Shown: positions 44,381-53,593 of the stretch, one piece after another
Layout of the letters: every line of letters begins with the position of its first letter
Position numbering within the stretch: position 1 is the first letter of the stretch
Translations under genes and position numbers: made by a program
DNA from: Bacillota bacterium
Lineage (GTDB): Bacteria; Bacillota; Clostridia; Christensenellales; UMGS416
Assembly (NCBI GenBank): GCA_023435705.1
Contig: JAEYRH010000009.1
Span: 264,572-328,571, forward strand
DNA: 64,000 bases
Direction: 5' to 3'
Notes under the pieces: model-generated
Database searches by the model: none
What the model saw: the letters and a program-made list of their open reading frames with translations, nothing else
Told to the model about the DNA's origin: nothing

Positions 44381-45451
44381 ATGAAAAGACGCATCGGCAT
44401 TCTGACCAGCGGTGGGGATTGCCCCGGCCTCAACGCAGCGATCCGAGGGGTTGCAAAGGCGGCATATGAACTGTTTGACGCGGAGATCATCGGCTTTGCT
44501 GATGGCTACAAGGGCCTGATCGAGGGCGAATACCGCACGATGGAGAAACATGAATTCTCCGGCATCCTCACGCTTGGCGGCACAATCCTGGGCACCTCTC
44601 GCCAGCCTTTCAAAACGATTCGGGTGATCGCCGACGACAATGTGGACAAGGTCGGCGAGATGAAAAAGAATTATGAGAAGCTCAAGCTGGACTGCATGGT
44701 GATACTGGGCGGCAATGGCACGCACAAAACAGCCAATCTGTTAAGCCAGCAGGGCCTCAATGTGATCGGCCTGCCCAAGACCATCGACAATGACCTGTGG
44801 GGCACCGATGTGACCTTTGGTTTTCACACCGCGGTGGACATCGCAACCGACGTGGTGGACCGCATCCACACCACGGCCACAAGCCATGGCCGCGTGATGG
44901 TGATCGAGCTCATGGGCAACAAGGCCGGCTGGCTCACGCTCTATGCCGGTGTGGCCGGCGGTGCTGATATCATCCTGCTGCCTGAAATCCCCTATGATAT
45001 TGAGAAGGTTTGCCGGGCGGTGGAGAAGCGCCGCAAGCAGGGCAAGGACTTTTCCATCGTCACTGTGGCCGAGGGCACATTGAGCCGGGAGGAAGCGGCC
45101 CTGCCCAAAAAGGAGCTGAAGGCCGCGCTGGAGGCCCGCACAGTGCCTGTGAGTTATCGTGTGGCGGCGGACATCCAGAAGGCCACCGGCGCGGAGACCA
45201 GGGTGGTTGTGCCGGGCCACATCCAGCGCGGCGGCTCGCCATCGGCTTATGACCGGGTGCTGGCCACCAGGTTCGGTGCCTTTGCGGCGGAGCTCATCAA
45301 AGCCGGGCAATATGGCACCACGGTTGCTTTGGTCAATAACAGCGTGCAGGCCAACCCGTTGGCCGAAGTGGCTGGCAAGGCCAAGCTGGTGCCATCAGAC
45401 CATGAGCTGGTGCGCATCGCCAAGAGCATCGGGATCAAGTTTGGAGATTGA
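44381..45451 (+). CDS. pfkA: 6-phosphofructokinase
   Basis: ATG 44381 after CAGGAGG. MKRRIGILTSGGDCPGLNAAIRGV, GLPKTIDNDL, PGHIQRGG. Confidence 0.93.
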   Translation: MKRRIGILTSGGDCPGLNAAIRGVAKAAYELFDAEIIGFADGYKGLIEGEYRTMEKHEFSGILTLGGTILGTSRQPFKTIRVIADDNVDKVGEMKKNYEKLKLDCMVILGGNGTHKTANLLSQQGLNVIGLPKTIDNDLWGTDVTFGFHTAVDIATDVVDRIHTTATSHGRVMVIELMGNKAGWLTLYAGVAGGADIILLPEIPYDIEKVCRAVEKRRKQGKDFSIVTVAEGTLSREEAALPKKELKAALEARTVPVSYRVAADIQKATGAETRVVVPGHIQRGGSPSAYDRVLATRFGAFAAELIKAGQYGTTVALVNNSVQANPLAEVAGKAKLVPSDHELVRIAKSIGIKFGD

Positions 45452-45467
45452 CACTACGACACAGAAT

Positions 45468-45500
45468 AGCGGGTGGGCCTATAGGCCCACCCGCTTTTTG
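45468..45500 (+). terminator. Intrinsic terminator after pfkA
   Basis: Perfect 12-bp stem AGCGGGTGGGCC/GGCCCACCCGCT, loop TATA, then TTTTT. Confidence 0.85.
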
Positions 45501-45551
45501 AATAGCTTTTCCCTCCGGCTCATACACTGTTTATGACCTGGAGGAAAGCGC

Positions 45552-45860
45552 ATGATCCGGTTATTGAAGCCAGCCACCCTCACGCTGGCTGCGTTGAATC
45601 TACTCGACATGGCCATTACCGCTTGCCTGCTGGCCCGGTTTGGCAAGGCTGCGGAAGCCAACATGCTGATGCGGGAGATGTGGCAGGCGTCACCGGTTCT
45701 ATTTGTGGCGTTCAAGGCGCTGCTGAGCGTGGTATTCCTGGCTCTTGCCCGCAAAGCCGATTGGCTGCGCCGGTGGATGGTGTTTGCCGTGATGCCAGCC
45801 ACCGCCGTTTATCTTGTTGTGGTAGGGTGGGGTGTGTTTGTGCTGGTCAACATGTTGTAA
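45552..45860 (+). CDS. DUF5658 family small membrane protein
   Basis: 102 aa. LAALNLLDMAITACLLARFGKAAEANMLM plus further TM helices. Confidence 0.6.
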   Translation: MIRLLKPATLTLAALNLLDMAITACLLARFGKAAEANMLMREMWQASPVLFVAFKALLSVVFLALARKADWLRRWMVFAVMPATAVYLVVVGWGVFVLVNML

Positions 45861-45866
45861 AGGGGA

Positions 45867-46676
45867 TTAGTCGCTTGACCACGAATCCACAAAGCTCCTG
45901 GCAATCTCATCGATCACCTTGTTGGAGAGCACATATTCCACCAGGTCGCCATCCACATAAGCCTTATCAAAAGTCAGGCTGATTACCTGGTAGGAAGCTG
46001 TGCCACCATCGTCAATCACCGGGCCGCCTACGATCACGGAGACCTGCCGGCGGATGGTCATGCGCCGGGAGCTATCAGCGGACGGAGTATCGCACAGCAT
46101 GGTGATCACCCTTGCGTCCATCTTGTATGCCGGCGTTTCCCACAGCATCGGGGTGGCATCTTCCGGCATCAGGGAAAGCCAAGGTTCGTCCGGATAGGAC
46201 TCAATTTGTTCGATTAACCCCACTGCCCTGCCTGTGCTGTCCAGAATGATGGGCTGGAATTCTTCTGCGTCCAGCATGGTCCAGCCCCCGGGAAGCCGCA
46301 GTGCGCCCCAGGTTGTGGTGATTGCCTGGCTTGCAAGCTTGAGTGCAGGATACTTCGCAGGATCCTTGTCCTCCGCCACATCCAGCCAGGGGCCGGTGTA
46401 ACCCACCGACTTCGGCTCCGGCCAGGGTGTCAGCTCCGGTGTTTTTGTCTCAAAGTCCTCGGCAGGATCGTTGGTTTGCGCTGTGACTTGCGCAGAGCCC
46501 GCTGGCTCGCCGGTCATCATGACGGCAGTGGGCGCTGGGCTTGTGCTCCCCGTGGATGCAGCCGTGCCGGAGCACGCTGCCAGCACCAGCGGCAGCGAAA
46601 CCACCAATGCGATGGTCACCCAGCTGGCAAAGGCTGTCCTTGCTTTTTCTGTGGATTTGTTTGGTTTTTCCTTCAT
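45867..46676 (-). CDS. Hypothetical lipoprotein
   Basis: ATG 46676. Lipobox VSLPLVLAAC|SGT after a basic N-terminus, then a Thr/Pro-rich linker. No family recognised. Confidence 0.6.
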   Translation of the reverse strand: MKEKPNKSTEKARTAFASWVTIALVVSLPLVLAACSGTAASTGSTSPAPTAVMMTGEPAGSAQVTAQTNDPAEDFETKTPELTPWPEPKSVGYTGPWLDVAEDKDPAKYPALKLASQAITTTWGALRLPGGWTMLDAEEFQPIILDSTGRAVGLIEQIESYPDEPWLSLMPEDATPMLWETPAYKMDARVITMLCDTPSADSSRRMTIRRQVSVIVGGPVIDDGGTASYQVISLTFDKAYVDGDLVEYVLSNKVIDEIARSFVDSWSSD

Positions 46677-46778
46677 GGCAGAAGAATACTGCCTGTGGGT
46701 ATCGTTGTCAACCAAAACGGGAATTGCGGAAGGAATTTCCCAACCGGCGTCAAATCAATAGTCAAAGAGGCGATTGGT

Positions 46779-47621
46779 ATGGGGGAAGCGTTGTTTTATG
46801 AGCGTCTGCCAACAGGAGCAGTGAAGTGCCTGCTGTGCCCCCATGGCTGCGTGATCGGCGAAGGCAGCCGTGGCATTTGCGGTGTGCGGGAAAACAGTGG
46901 CGGAATGCTGCACTCCATGAATTATGGTCTGCTCACTTCCATCGCCGCCGACCCGGTGGAAAAAAAGCCGCTGCGGCATTTCCTGCCGGGCACGCGCACT
47001 CTCTCCTGCGGCAGTTTCGGCTGCAACCTGATGTGCCTGCATTGCCAGAACTGGCAGATCGCCAGAGGCAGGCCCGGCGCCATTGAGATGACTCCGCAGG
47101 CATTTGTGGCGATGGCCCGCGAGCAGGATTGCCCGTCGGTGGCATTCACCTACAACGAGCCCGGCATGTTTTATGAGTGGGTGCTGGAAGCCGCCCGCGT
47201 CGCCCATGCCGTGAGTTTGAAGACAATCCTGGTCACCAACGGATACCTGAACCGGGAGCCGCTGCTGCGACTCCTGCCCCACATCGATGCGATGAACGTG
47301 GATTTGAAGGCCTTCACCGAAGAGGGCTATCTCAAGGTTGGCGGCAGGCTCGCGCCGGTGATGGAGTATATTGAAACTGCTCAGGCATGCTCTCATGTGG
47401 AGGTCACGATGCTGCTTGTGCCCGGCATCATTGACACGGTGGAGGAAGTGGAGAGGGCTGCCAAGTGGCTTGCTGGCCTTTCACCGGAGCTGCCGCTGCA
47501 CCTGTCTCGGTGCTTCCCTGCTTTCCGGCACACGGCGGAGCCCACTTCGATCCCGTTTATGCACAAGGCGGCAGAGGCGGCTCGGAAGCATTTGAAACAT
47601 GTGTATCTGGGGAATGTGTAA
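46779..47621 (+). CDS. AmmeMemoRadiSam system radical SAM enzyme
   Basis: ATG 46779 after AAAGAGG. N-terminal CLLCPHGCVIGEGSRGICGVR auxiliary Cys cluster, radical-SAM CNLMCLHCQN, 280 aa. The ORF-track start at 46476 is rejected. Confidence 0.85.
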   Translation: MGEALFYERLPTGAVKCLLCPHGCVIGEGSRGICGVRENSGGMLHSMNYGLLTSIAADPVEKKPLRHFLPGTRTLSCGSFGCNLMCLHCQNWQIARGRPGAIEMTPQAFVAMAREQDCPSVAFTYNEPGMFYEWVLEAARVAHAVSLKTILVTNGYLNREPLLRLLPHIDAMNVDLKAFTEEGYLKVGGRLAPVMEYIETAQACSHVEVTMLLVPGIIDTVEEVERAAKWLAGLSPELPLHLSRCFPAFRHTAEPTSIPFMHKAAEAARKHLKHVYLGNV

Positions 47622-47675
47622 GCATCGGGAATATCGCAGGGTCATTCATGTTCATTGGATGGAGGAAAGAGAGAT

Positions 47676-49118
47676 ATGAGCATCATCGGCGCGGCGTTTT
47701 ATCCGCATCCGCCGCTTGTTTTGCCGGAGGTGGGGCAGGGCCAGGAGCGGGCTGCTGCCGCTACAATCGCAGGAATGGAGCGGCTCAGTGCAATGGTCGC
47801 CGAATTGAAGCCACAAGTCGTGGCCGTGGTGACACCCCATGGGCCAGCTTTTTCCGACGTGATCGCCGTAACTGACGCGAAGGAGCTGAGCGGCACAATG
47901 GAGCGCTTCCGCGCGCCGGAGGTGAGGCTCACAAAGCCCGTGCATCAGGCGCTGCTGAGCGCTTTTGAGGAAGAGTGGAGCCGTGACAACCTGCCGGTGG
48001 CGAGGCTGGATGGAGCGACACTCCGCAAGCTAGGCGCCAAAGCGGAGCTGGATCACGGAGCGCTTGTGCCACTCTTTTATTTGGAGAAGCAGTATTCAGA
48101 TTATGCCATCCTGCACATTTCACCCGGCGGCCAGCCATTGCGCAGGCAGTATCTGGCCGGCCAGGCGCTGGCCCGGGCGGTTGAACGCCTGGGGATTTCG
48201 GTGCTGGTGCTGGCCAGCGGCGATATGTCCCACAAGCTCAAATCCAGCGGGCCCTATGGCTTTGATCCGGCTGGGCCGCAGTTTGACAAGCTCATTGCCG
48301 ATGCCATCCGCTCCGGCACACCAGGCAGCATTCTTACCATTGACCCTGGCCTTGCCCGCAGCGCCGGTGAGTGCGGCTGGCGGCCGGCGGCTTTCGCGCT
48401 GGGGGCGCTGGACGGTCTGGCAGTGGAGAGCCAGCTGATCAGTTATGAAGGCCCTTTTGGCGTGGGGTATCTCACGGCACTTCTGTCAGCGAAGGAAGGC
48501 GCTGCACCGGGCTTTTTGGACGAACTGGACCGCGCTGAACAGGGCAGGGCTGCTGCAGCTCGCATGAATGAGGATGCCTATGTGCGCCTGGCGAGGGAAA
48601 CCATCGAGCGGTATGTCCGTGGTGGCCGCAAGCCTCAGTGGGCGGAGTTGAAGCAAGGCATGAGCGAGCTGGACACTCTCAGGATGGAGAAACGCAAGGC
48701 CGGTGCGTTTGTGTCGCTCCATTTGGAAGGTGAGCTGCGGGGCTGCATGGGCACCATCGTGCCGGTTTGTCAGCATGTGGGGGAGGAGATCATCCGCAAC
48801 GCTGTGACCGCCTGCAGTGACGACCCACGCTTCCCACCGGTGCAGGCTGACGAATTGCAGGGCCTTGCGGTGAAGGTTGATGTGTTGAGCCCCTTTGAGC
48901 CGGTGGCATCACCGGACGAATTGGATCCGGCGCGATATGGCGTGATCGTGGAGAAGCAGGGGCGGCGGGGTTTGCTGCTGCCGGCACTGGATGGTGTGGA
49001 CACCGTGGAGCGCCAGCTGGAGATCGCCTGCCGGAAGGCAGGGTTTGCCTGGAAGGCAGGCGATGGGGCAATCAAGCTCTTCCGCTTCACGGTGGAACGG
49101 CACGGAGAAGAGGATTGA
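47676..49118 (+). CDS. Fusion protein: LigB/Memo-like (class III extradiol dioxygenase B-like) domain + AMMECR1 domain
   Basis: ATG 47676 after GGAGGAAAG. N-half has FYPHPPLVLPEVG, TPHGP, LDHGALVPL, SGDMSHKL. C-half has AGAFVSLHLEGELRGCMGTI...DDPRFPPV...YGVIVEKQGRRGLLLP (AMMECR1). Confidence 0.8.
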   Translation: MSIIGAAFYPHPPLVLPEVGQGQERAAAATIAGMERLSAMVAELKPQVVAVVTPHGPAFSDVIAVTDAKELSGTMERFRAPEVRLTKPVHQALLSAFEEEWSRDNLPVARLDGATLRKLGAKAELDHGALVPLFYLEKQYSDYAILHISPGGQPLRRQYLAGQALARAVERLGISVLVLASGDMSHKLKSSGPYGFDPAGPQFDKLIADAIRSGTPGSILTIDPGLARSAGECGWRPAAFALGALDGLAVESQLISYEGPFGVGYLTALLSAKEGAAPGFLDELDRAEQGRAAAARMNEDAYVRLARETIERYVRGGRKPQWAELKQGMSELDTLRMEKRKAGAFVSLHLEGELRGCMGTIVPVCQHVGEEIIRNAVTACSDDPRFPPVQADELQGLAVKVDVLSPFEPVASPDELDPARYGVIVEKQGRRGLLLPALDGVDTVERQLEIACRKAGFAWKAGDGAIKLFRFTVERHGEED

Positions 49119-49203
49119 CCTGCCTGCAAGCTTAAGGTTCATGCTCTAGGTGAGAATTTATGATATAATTCTGAACTGCACAAAAGTGCAGTTTGGAGAT
49201 CGC

Positions 49204-49890
49204 ATGACACCGCAATCGGAATTCAGCATCCGTATTCTGGATAAAGGCCCCTATATCGTGACCGGCGGCGTGCCTCTTTGGGATTATTCGATCATATCTG
49301 ACCGTATGGGTACAGCCACCGACTACCGGCCAGACAGGGAGTATCCCCCGGCACAGACCTATTCGCTGTGCCGGTGCGGCAAGTCCAAACACATGCCATA
49401 TTGCGACGGCTCCCACAGCCAAGCGGGCTTTGTGGGCCGGGAACGTGCCAGCCGCAAGCTCTTCGCCGAGCAAGCTGTTGTCTTTCGGGGCCCCGGCCTC
49501 ATTTTGGAGGATGTGGAGCACTTATGCATGCTGGCGCGGTTCTGCCACCTGGGCGGAGACACCTGGACGCTCATCGAGCGCTCCGGCGATCCCCGTGCCC
49601 GTGACCTTGCGATCCGGGGCGCGGTTAATTGCCCGGCCGGCAGGCTGGTCGTTCGTGACGCGCAGTCCGGTGAATTGATTGAGCCGGAGCTTGAGCCCTC
49701 CATCTGGATGCTGCGTGATGACCTCACCGGCTATTCGGGGCCGCTGTGGGTGCGGGGCGGCATCCCGATCATCTCTGCTGACGGTACGACCTATGAGGTG
49801 CGCAATCGCGTAACGCTGTGCCGCTGCGGTCAATCGTCCATCATGCCGTTTTGCGACGGGTCGCATATTATGACTAGGTTCAAGGGATAG
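49204..49890 (+). CDS. CDGSH iron-sulfur domain protein (two CDGSH motifs)
   Basis: CRCGKSKHMPYCDGSH and CRCGQSSIMPFCDGSH. 228 aa from ATG 49204. Confidence 0.85.
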   Translation: MTPQSEFSIRILDKGPYIVTGGVPLWDYSIISDRMGTATDYRPDREYPPAQTYSLCRCGKSKHMPYCDGSHSQAGFVGRERASRKLFAEQAVVFRGPGLILEDVEHLCMLARFCHLGGDTWTLIERSGDPRARDLAIRGAVNCPAGRLVVRDAQSGELIEPELEPSIWMLRDDLTGYSGPLWVRGGIPIISADGTTYEVRNRVTLCRCGQSSIMPFCDGSHIMTRFKG

Positions 49891-49902
49891 GAGAATTTGT
49901 GT

Positions 49903-50427
49903 ATGAACCTTTGGCTGACCATGCCCGACGGAGCGCTGCAGCCCGGCTTTTTTGCCATGCTGGCTGCCTTCCGCGATATGCGGGAGGAGCGTTACCGTGA
50001 TATTTATGACGACCAGGCCTTTGACTTTGCGGCTTATGTCGCTGAGTTGAATGGGTTCAGCCGGGGAGAAAACCTGCCGGAGGGTTGGGTGCAGGCATCG
50101 GTGTTTTGGTTGACTGACGGCAGTCAGATCATTGGCACTGGCCGGGTGCGGCATATTGCCGATGAGGAACTGCTCCATGACGACGGAAACATCGGCTATG
50201 ACATCAACCCCCAATTTCGCAGGCAGGGGTATGGCACATTGATGCTTGCCCTGCTGTTGGATGAAGCGAAAAAGATGGGGATGGAAAAAGCCCTTGTCAC
50301 GTGCGAAAGTGACAATGAGGGCTCAAGAAAAATTATCGAGAAGAACGGAGGCGTTTATGCGGGGGAGTCTGTTTCAAAGGAGAACGACAAGACAGTTTTG
50401 AGGTTTTGGGTGGCGGCTGCCGAATAG
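49903..50427 (+). CDS. GNAT family N-acetyltransferase
   Basis: ATG 49903 after AGGAG. FRRQGYGTLMLALLLDEAKKMG acetyl-CoA site, EGSRKIIEKNGG. Confidence 0.8.
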   Translation: MNLWLTMPDGALQPGFFAMLAAFRDMREERYRDIYDDQAFDFAAYVAELNGFSRGENLPEGWVQASVFWLTDGSQIIGTGRVRHIADEELLHDDGNIGYDINPQFRRQGYGTLMLALLLDEAKKMGMEKALVTCESDNEGSRKIIEKNGGVYAGESVSKENDKTVLRFWVAAAE

Positions 50428-50446
50428 CAGACGGTTCGGTCTGGCA

Positions 50447-51259
50447 TCAGTTGGGTCGCAGCATCAACTGCCTGGCAGCCTCCCTGGCTTCTTTTTCATG
50501 CCCTTCCGGGATTGGAATCTCAACTATATCCTTAAATATTACCAGATAAGTATATTGGATTAGCAGGACAGGGCTCGTGCTGTTCTTCATTACCTCCGCT
50601 TTTTCCAACCTTGTGAATTTTCCGTCCCACCAAAATAACTGGCCGATTAGCCATACACCGCCATGTGATATAATGACTTCTCCAGAATCTTGCAGAATTG
50701 CCTTGCGTCTTTGCCCCCGAGACAATAAGTAAACACCGGCAATCAATACACAACAGCCCACAGCCCCAATAAGAAACAACATCGTATTCGCAGGGTAGAT
50801 TGCCCATAATCGTATCCCATTGATAAGGGCTATAATGGCAACCACAACGAAAAAAACCGGTGATTTTTTTACAGGGTTTGTACTGACTTTTTTCAAAGCT
50901 TGACGGCGCAATTTATCCAGTTCTGTCTGACCATAGCTCCAGCGCGCATACACATCTTCGTCATTGTCCATACGCCTGAACACATCAAACCTGCTAGAGT
51001 ACCACATGGACATAAAGATTCCAGTAAGCAAGAGCACCAACCCTAGCTGTGGACCTACTGTTTGAATAAATATTTGTATGAAACTCGTTTGCTGGCGAGC
51101 CAAGAAGAGGCTCGTTGATGCAACTTGTGTTTGGATCCTTATGAACATTGGGGCTATGATCAAGATGATTCCAACAACGACAATTGAGACGCTAGACAGC
51201 AAACCAGGGACACCTTTGCGTTTCATGAGCAACCTCAAAGTGCTGATTCTCAGACTCAT
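50447..51259 (-). CDS. Hypothetical membrane protein (4-5 TM helices plus a C-terminal soluble domain)
   Basis: 270 aa. Hydrophobic segments such as LLSSVSIVVVGIILIIAPMF and VFFVVVAIIALINGI. The stretch is AT-rich relative to its flanks. No family recognised. Confidence 0.55.
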   Translation of the reverse strand: MSLRISTLRLLMKRKGVPGLLSSVSIVVVGIILIIAPMFIRIQTQVASTSLFLARQQTSFIQIFIQTVGPQLGLVLLLTGIFMSMWYSSRFDVFRRMDNDEDVYARWSYGQTELDKLRRQALKKVSTNPVKKSPVFFVVVAIIALINGIRLWAIYPANTMLFLIGAVGCCVLIAGVYLLSRGQRRKAILQDSGEVIISHGGVWLIGQLFWWDGKFTRLEKAEVMKNSTSPVLLIQYTYLVIFKDIVEIPIPEGHEKEAREAARQLMLRPN

Positions 51260-51477
51260 TATAGCAAAAGATTACAATAAATGATATATGCGCCTGGTCA
51301 TGATACTTTGTTTGAGGGTCAATACGGCTGATCATTCAACTTCCTCGCCGCAGCCCATGCCTCTTCCTCTCAACACGGGGTAGAGTGATGGCCAGCAGGC
51401 CGAGTGCGGAGAGGGTGATGCCGGTGATATGCCGGAGTTTGCGTTTCGAGACAACATAGTACCCTCGTTGTGTACTA

Positions 51478-52269
51478 TCACTCTGTAAGGTAAATCCTAT
51501 TATAGAGAGCCTCAGCCCGCAGGTATGCCTCCCGCAGAAACACCGCCGGTTCTTTGAACCTGGAGTGTGTTATCATCACTTCCATCAACAGCGGCGCTTT
51601 GTAGCCCGATTGCTGTATCAGGCTGCAAATCTCATCGAAGTCAATAAACCCCTCGCCGGGCAGCACATGATCCACAAATTCCATGATCCTGTCTGACAGA
51701 TGAACCGCCAGCAGCCGATGCTTCCATTGCTCCAACAGCGTGAATGTCCTTGGGCCATCCACCTGGTCGTGTGACGAATCATAACAGAAACCGATATGCT
51801 CCGGGTTTGCTGCTGCCAGCGCGTTCGTCACCAAATCGGTGGCAATCCCCGGCATGACGTTTTCCAGCGCGAAACGGATGCCCGCATTCTTTGCGATTGC
51901 CTCCAAAGACGGTAGCATTGTGATAAGGTCTCTGTTTCGTTGTTTATATTCTTCTGGCTTGAAGTCAAATGCGCTGCAATGCAGCACAATCACCGGCGCG
52001 GAAAGCAACACGGCGGCATCGGCTACCTGTTTGGTAGTCTCCAGAGCATCCGGCATGTCCAGCGAGTCGCTGTGAATGGTATCCATTGAAAGGCCGTGCG
52101 ACTTCAGTTGGTCGTTCAGTTGCTTGGCTGTGAGGAGATTTATGATACCGCTGTGGTGGTAGTTGCTGCCTAGGGAGACATGCGTGAAGCCAGCATTTTT
52201 GATCAATGGTAATTGCTCGCGCAGGGGGATGGAATAGTCGAAGCAGGTCGATATGGAGATGTTCTTCAT
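51478..52269 (-). CDS. Sugar phosphate isomerase/epimerase (xylose isomerase-like TIM barrel)
   Basis: 263 aa. GFTHVSLG, ALENV, VHLSD and LMEV pattern typical of the AP-endonuclease-2/TIM family. Confidence 0.78.
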   Translation of the reverse strand: MKNISISTCFDYSIPLREQLPLIKNAGFTHVSLGSNYHHSGIINLLTAKQLNDQLKSHGLSMDTIHSDSLDMPDALETTKQVADAAVLLSAPVIVLHCSAFDFKPEEYKQRNRDLITMLPSLEAIAKNAGIRFALENVMPGIATDLVTNALAAANPEHIGFCYDSSHDQVDGPRTFTLLEQWKHRLLAVHLSDRIMEFVDHVLPGEGFIDFDEICSLIQQSGYKAPLLMEVMITHSRFKEPAVFLREAYLRAEALYNRIYLTE

Positions 52270-52292
52270 TTGCCCTTCTCCTTATAAAAGTC

Positions 52293-53405
52293 CTACCCCT
52301 CAAACTCAATCGGATCGGGCTGCGTGAGCTGGTGGTTGCACTTGAGGGCGTAATTGTCCGTCATGCCGGCCACGTAGTCGCACACAATGCGGTTGTAGGG
52401 CGCATTCTCTTCATCATAAAACCATGCCATCCGCGCCAGGTAGTCGCCAAACGCCCGGTCACAGGGCAGCGACTCGGCTGCCCATGCCTCCGGGATGCGC
52501 CCCAGCCTTTGAAGCCCTTCCAGGAAGTGCTCATAAATGCCGTCGATGATCTTGGCGCAATACTGTTGATAACGCACCAGCCTCGGGTGGTAATAAATGC
52601 GCTTGTAGTTAAAATCCCGCAGCGTCAGCATGAGCTCAAACCGTTCGTCGGAGAAGCCCATGCGGTTTGCCTTTAGGGAGTTTTCAATAAGATCCAATAC
52701 CAGGGTGTTGATGAGATTGGCGTTCATCTGCTCCAGGTCGGAGCTCAGGCCATGGGGCAGGTCTTCGGGCTTGATGAGGTTGGCACGTAGTGCGTCCTCG
52801 ATATCGCGGCCCAGATAGGCAATCTTGTCCGCAAAGCGCACGGCGCAGCCCTCCCAGGCAGCGGGGGTGGAAAAGCCGCCGGAGGCCGCCTTCTCCACTG
52901 GATCCAGCGGCAGGCCGTCAGGTTCCAGATATTGCTCAAACACCTCTCCGTTGTGGCAGAGGATCGCGTCACGCACGCCGAAGGTGAGATTCAAACCCCG
53001 GCCGTTGTTGGCCAGGCAGTCCACCACGCGGAGGCTGTGGGCTTCGTGCTGGAAGGCCTTCATCTTTTTCTTCAGCTCCCGCTCGCCGCTGTGGCCAAAG
53101 GGTGCGTGGCCCAGATCGTGGCCCAGTCCTGCTGCATAGGCCAGTTCCCCGTCGAGCCCCCAGCCGTTGCGGGCCAGGCCCCGGCACACGGTGGCGGCGA
53201 TCGTGGCCACATGCATCACATGCTCGATGCGGGTGCAGATGTGATCGTTTTCCGGTGCGAACAGAAATTGCGTTTTATGCTTCAAACGCCGGAACGGCAT
53301 CGAGTGGATAATGGCTGTCTGGTCGCGGAAATAGGGGCCGCGCACATCCTCGCCCCGGCTCACGATCCGGCTTGTGAGCTGCTCCTCGGTTAGCGTGTTG
53401 AACAT
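52293..53405 (-). CDS. dGTPase-like HD-domain triphosphohydrolase
   Basis: FRDQTAIIHSMPFRRLKHKTQF, TRIEHVMHVA, GLGHDLGHAPFGHSGE. 370 aa. Confidence 0.88.
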   Translation of the reverse strand: MFNTLTEEQLTSRIVSRGEDVRGPYFRDQTAIIHSMPFRRLKHKTQFLFAPENDHICTRIEHVMHVATIAATVCRGLARNGWGLDGELAYAAGLGHDLGHAPFGHSGERELKKKMKAFQHEAHSLRVVDCLANNGRGLNLTFGVRDAILCHNGEVFEQYLEPDGLPLDPVEKAASGGFSTPAAWEGCAVRFADKIAYLGRDIEDALRANLIKPEDLPHGLSSDLEQMNANLINTLVLDLIENSLKANRMGFSDERFELMLTLRDFNYKRIYYHPRLVRYQQYCAKIIDGIYEHFLEGLQRLGRIPEAWAAESLPCDRAFGDYLARMAWFYDEENAPYNRIVCDYVAGMTDNYALKCNHQLTQPDPIEFEG

Positions 53406-53593
53406 TGGCCCTCCCTAAACAGTCCTGCCGATCTTTACCAACTTCATTCGTTATCATTTTAACATGTTTTGTTCAATGGCAACAGGCCCGGCAGCCTGAA
53501 GCGTCGGTTCAGCCGCCTATCCCGACGACTCGGAGCGTTTGCCGTGCGGCGTGCTGCTTTTGTGCTATAATCAGGAAATCTGAGGAGGCCGTT

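Noticed and set aside
51336-51461. Minus-strand frame encoding ...KRKLRHITGITLSALGLLAITLPRVERKRHGLRRGS-stop, resembling a C-terminal membrane anchor or sorting tail.
   Set aside because: There is no start codon or LPxTG motif, and the frame would have to begin inside the isomerase gene. At about 40 codons it is too short to support; at most it is a relic.
52293-53405. Calling the dGTPase-like gene an anti-phage dNTP-depletion defence gene.
   Set aside because: dGTPase-like HD proteins are also common housekeeping genes in Firmicutes. No other defence-island hallmarks (mobile genes, restriction or abortive-infection neighbours) are visible. It is kept only as a possibility within the MutS-like finding.
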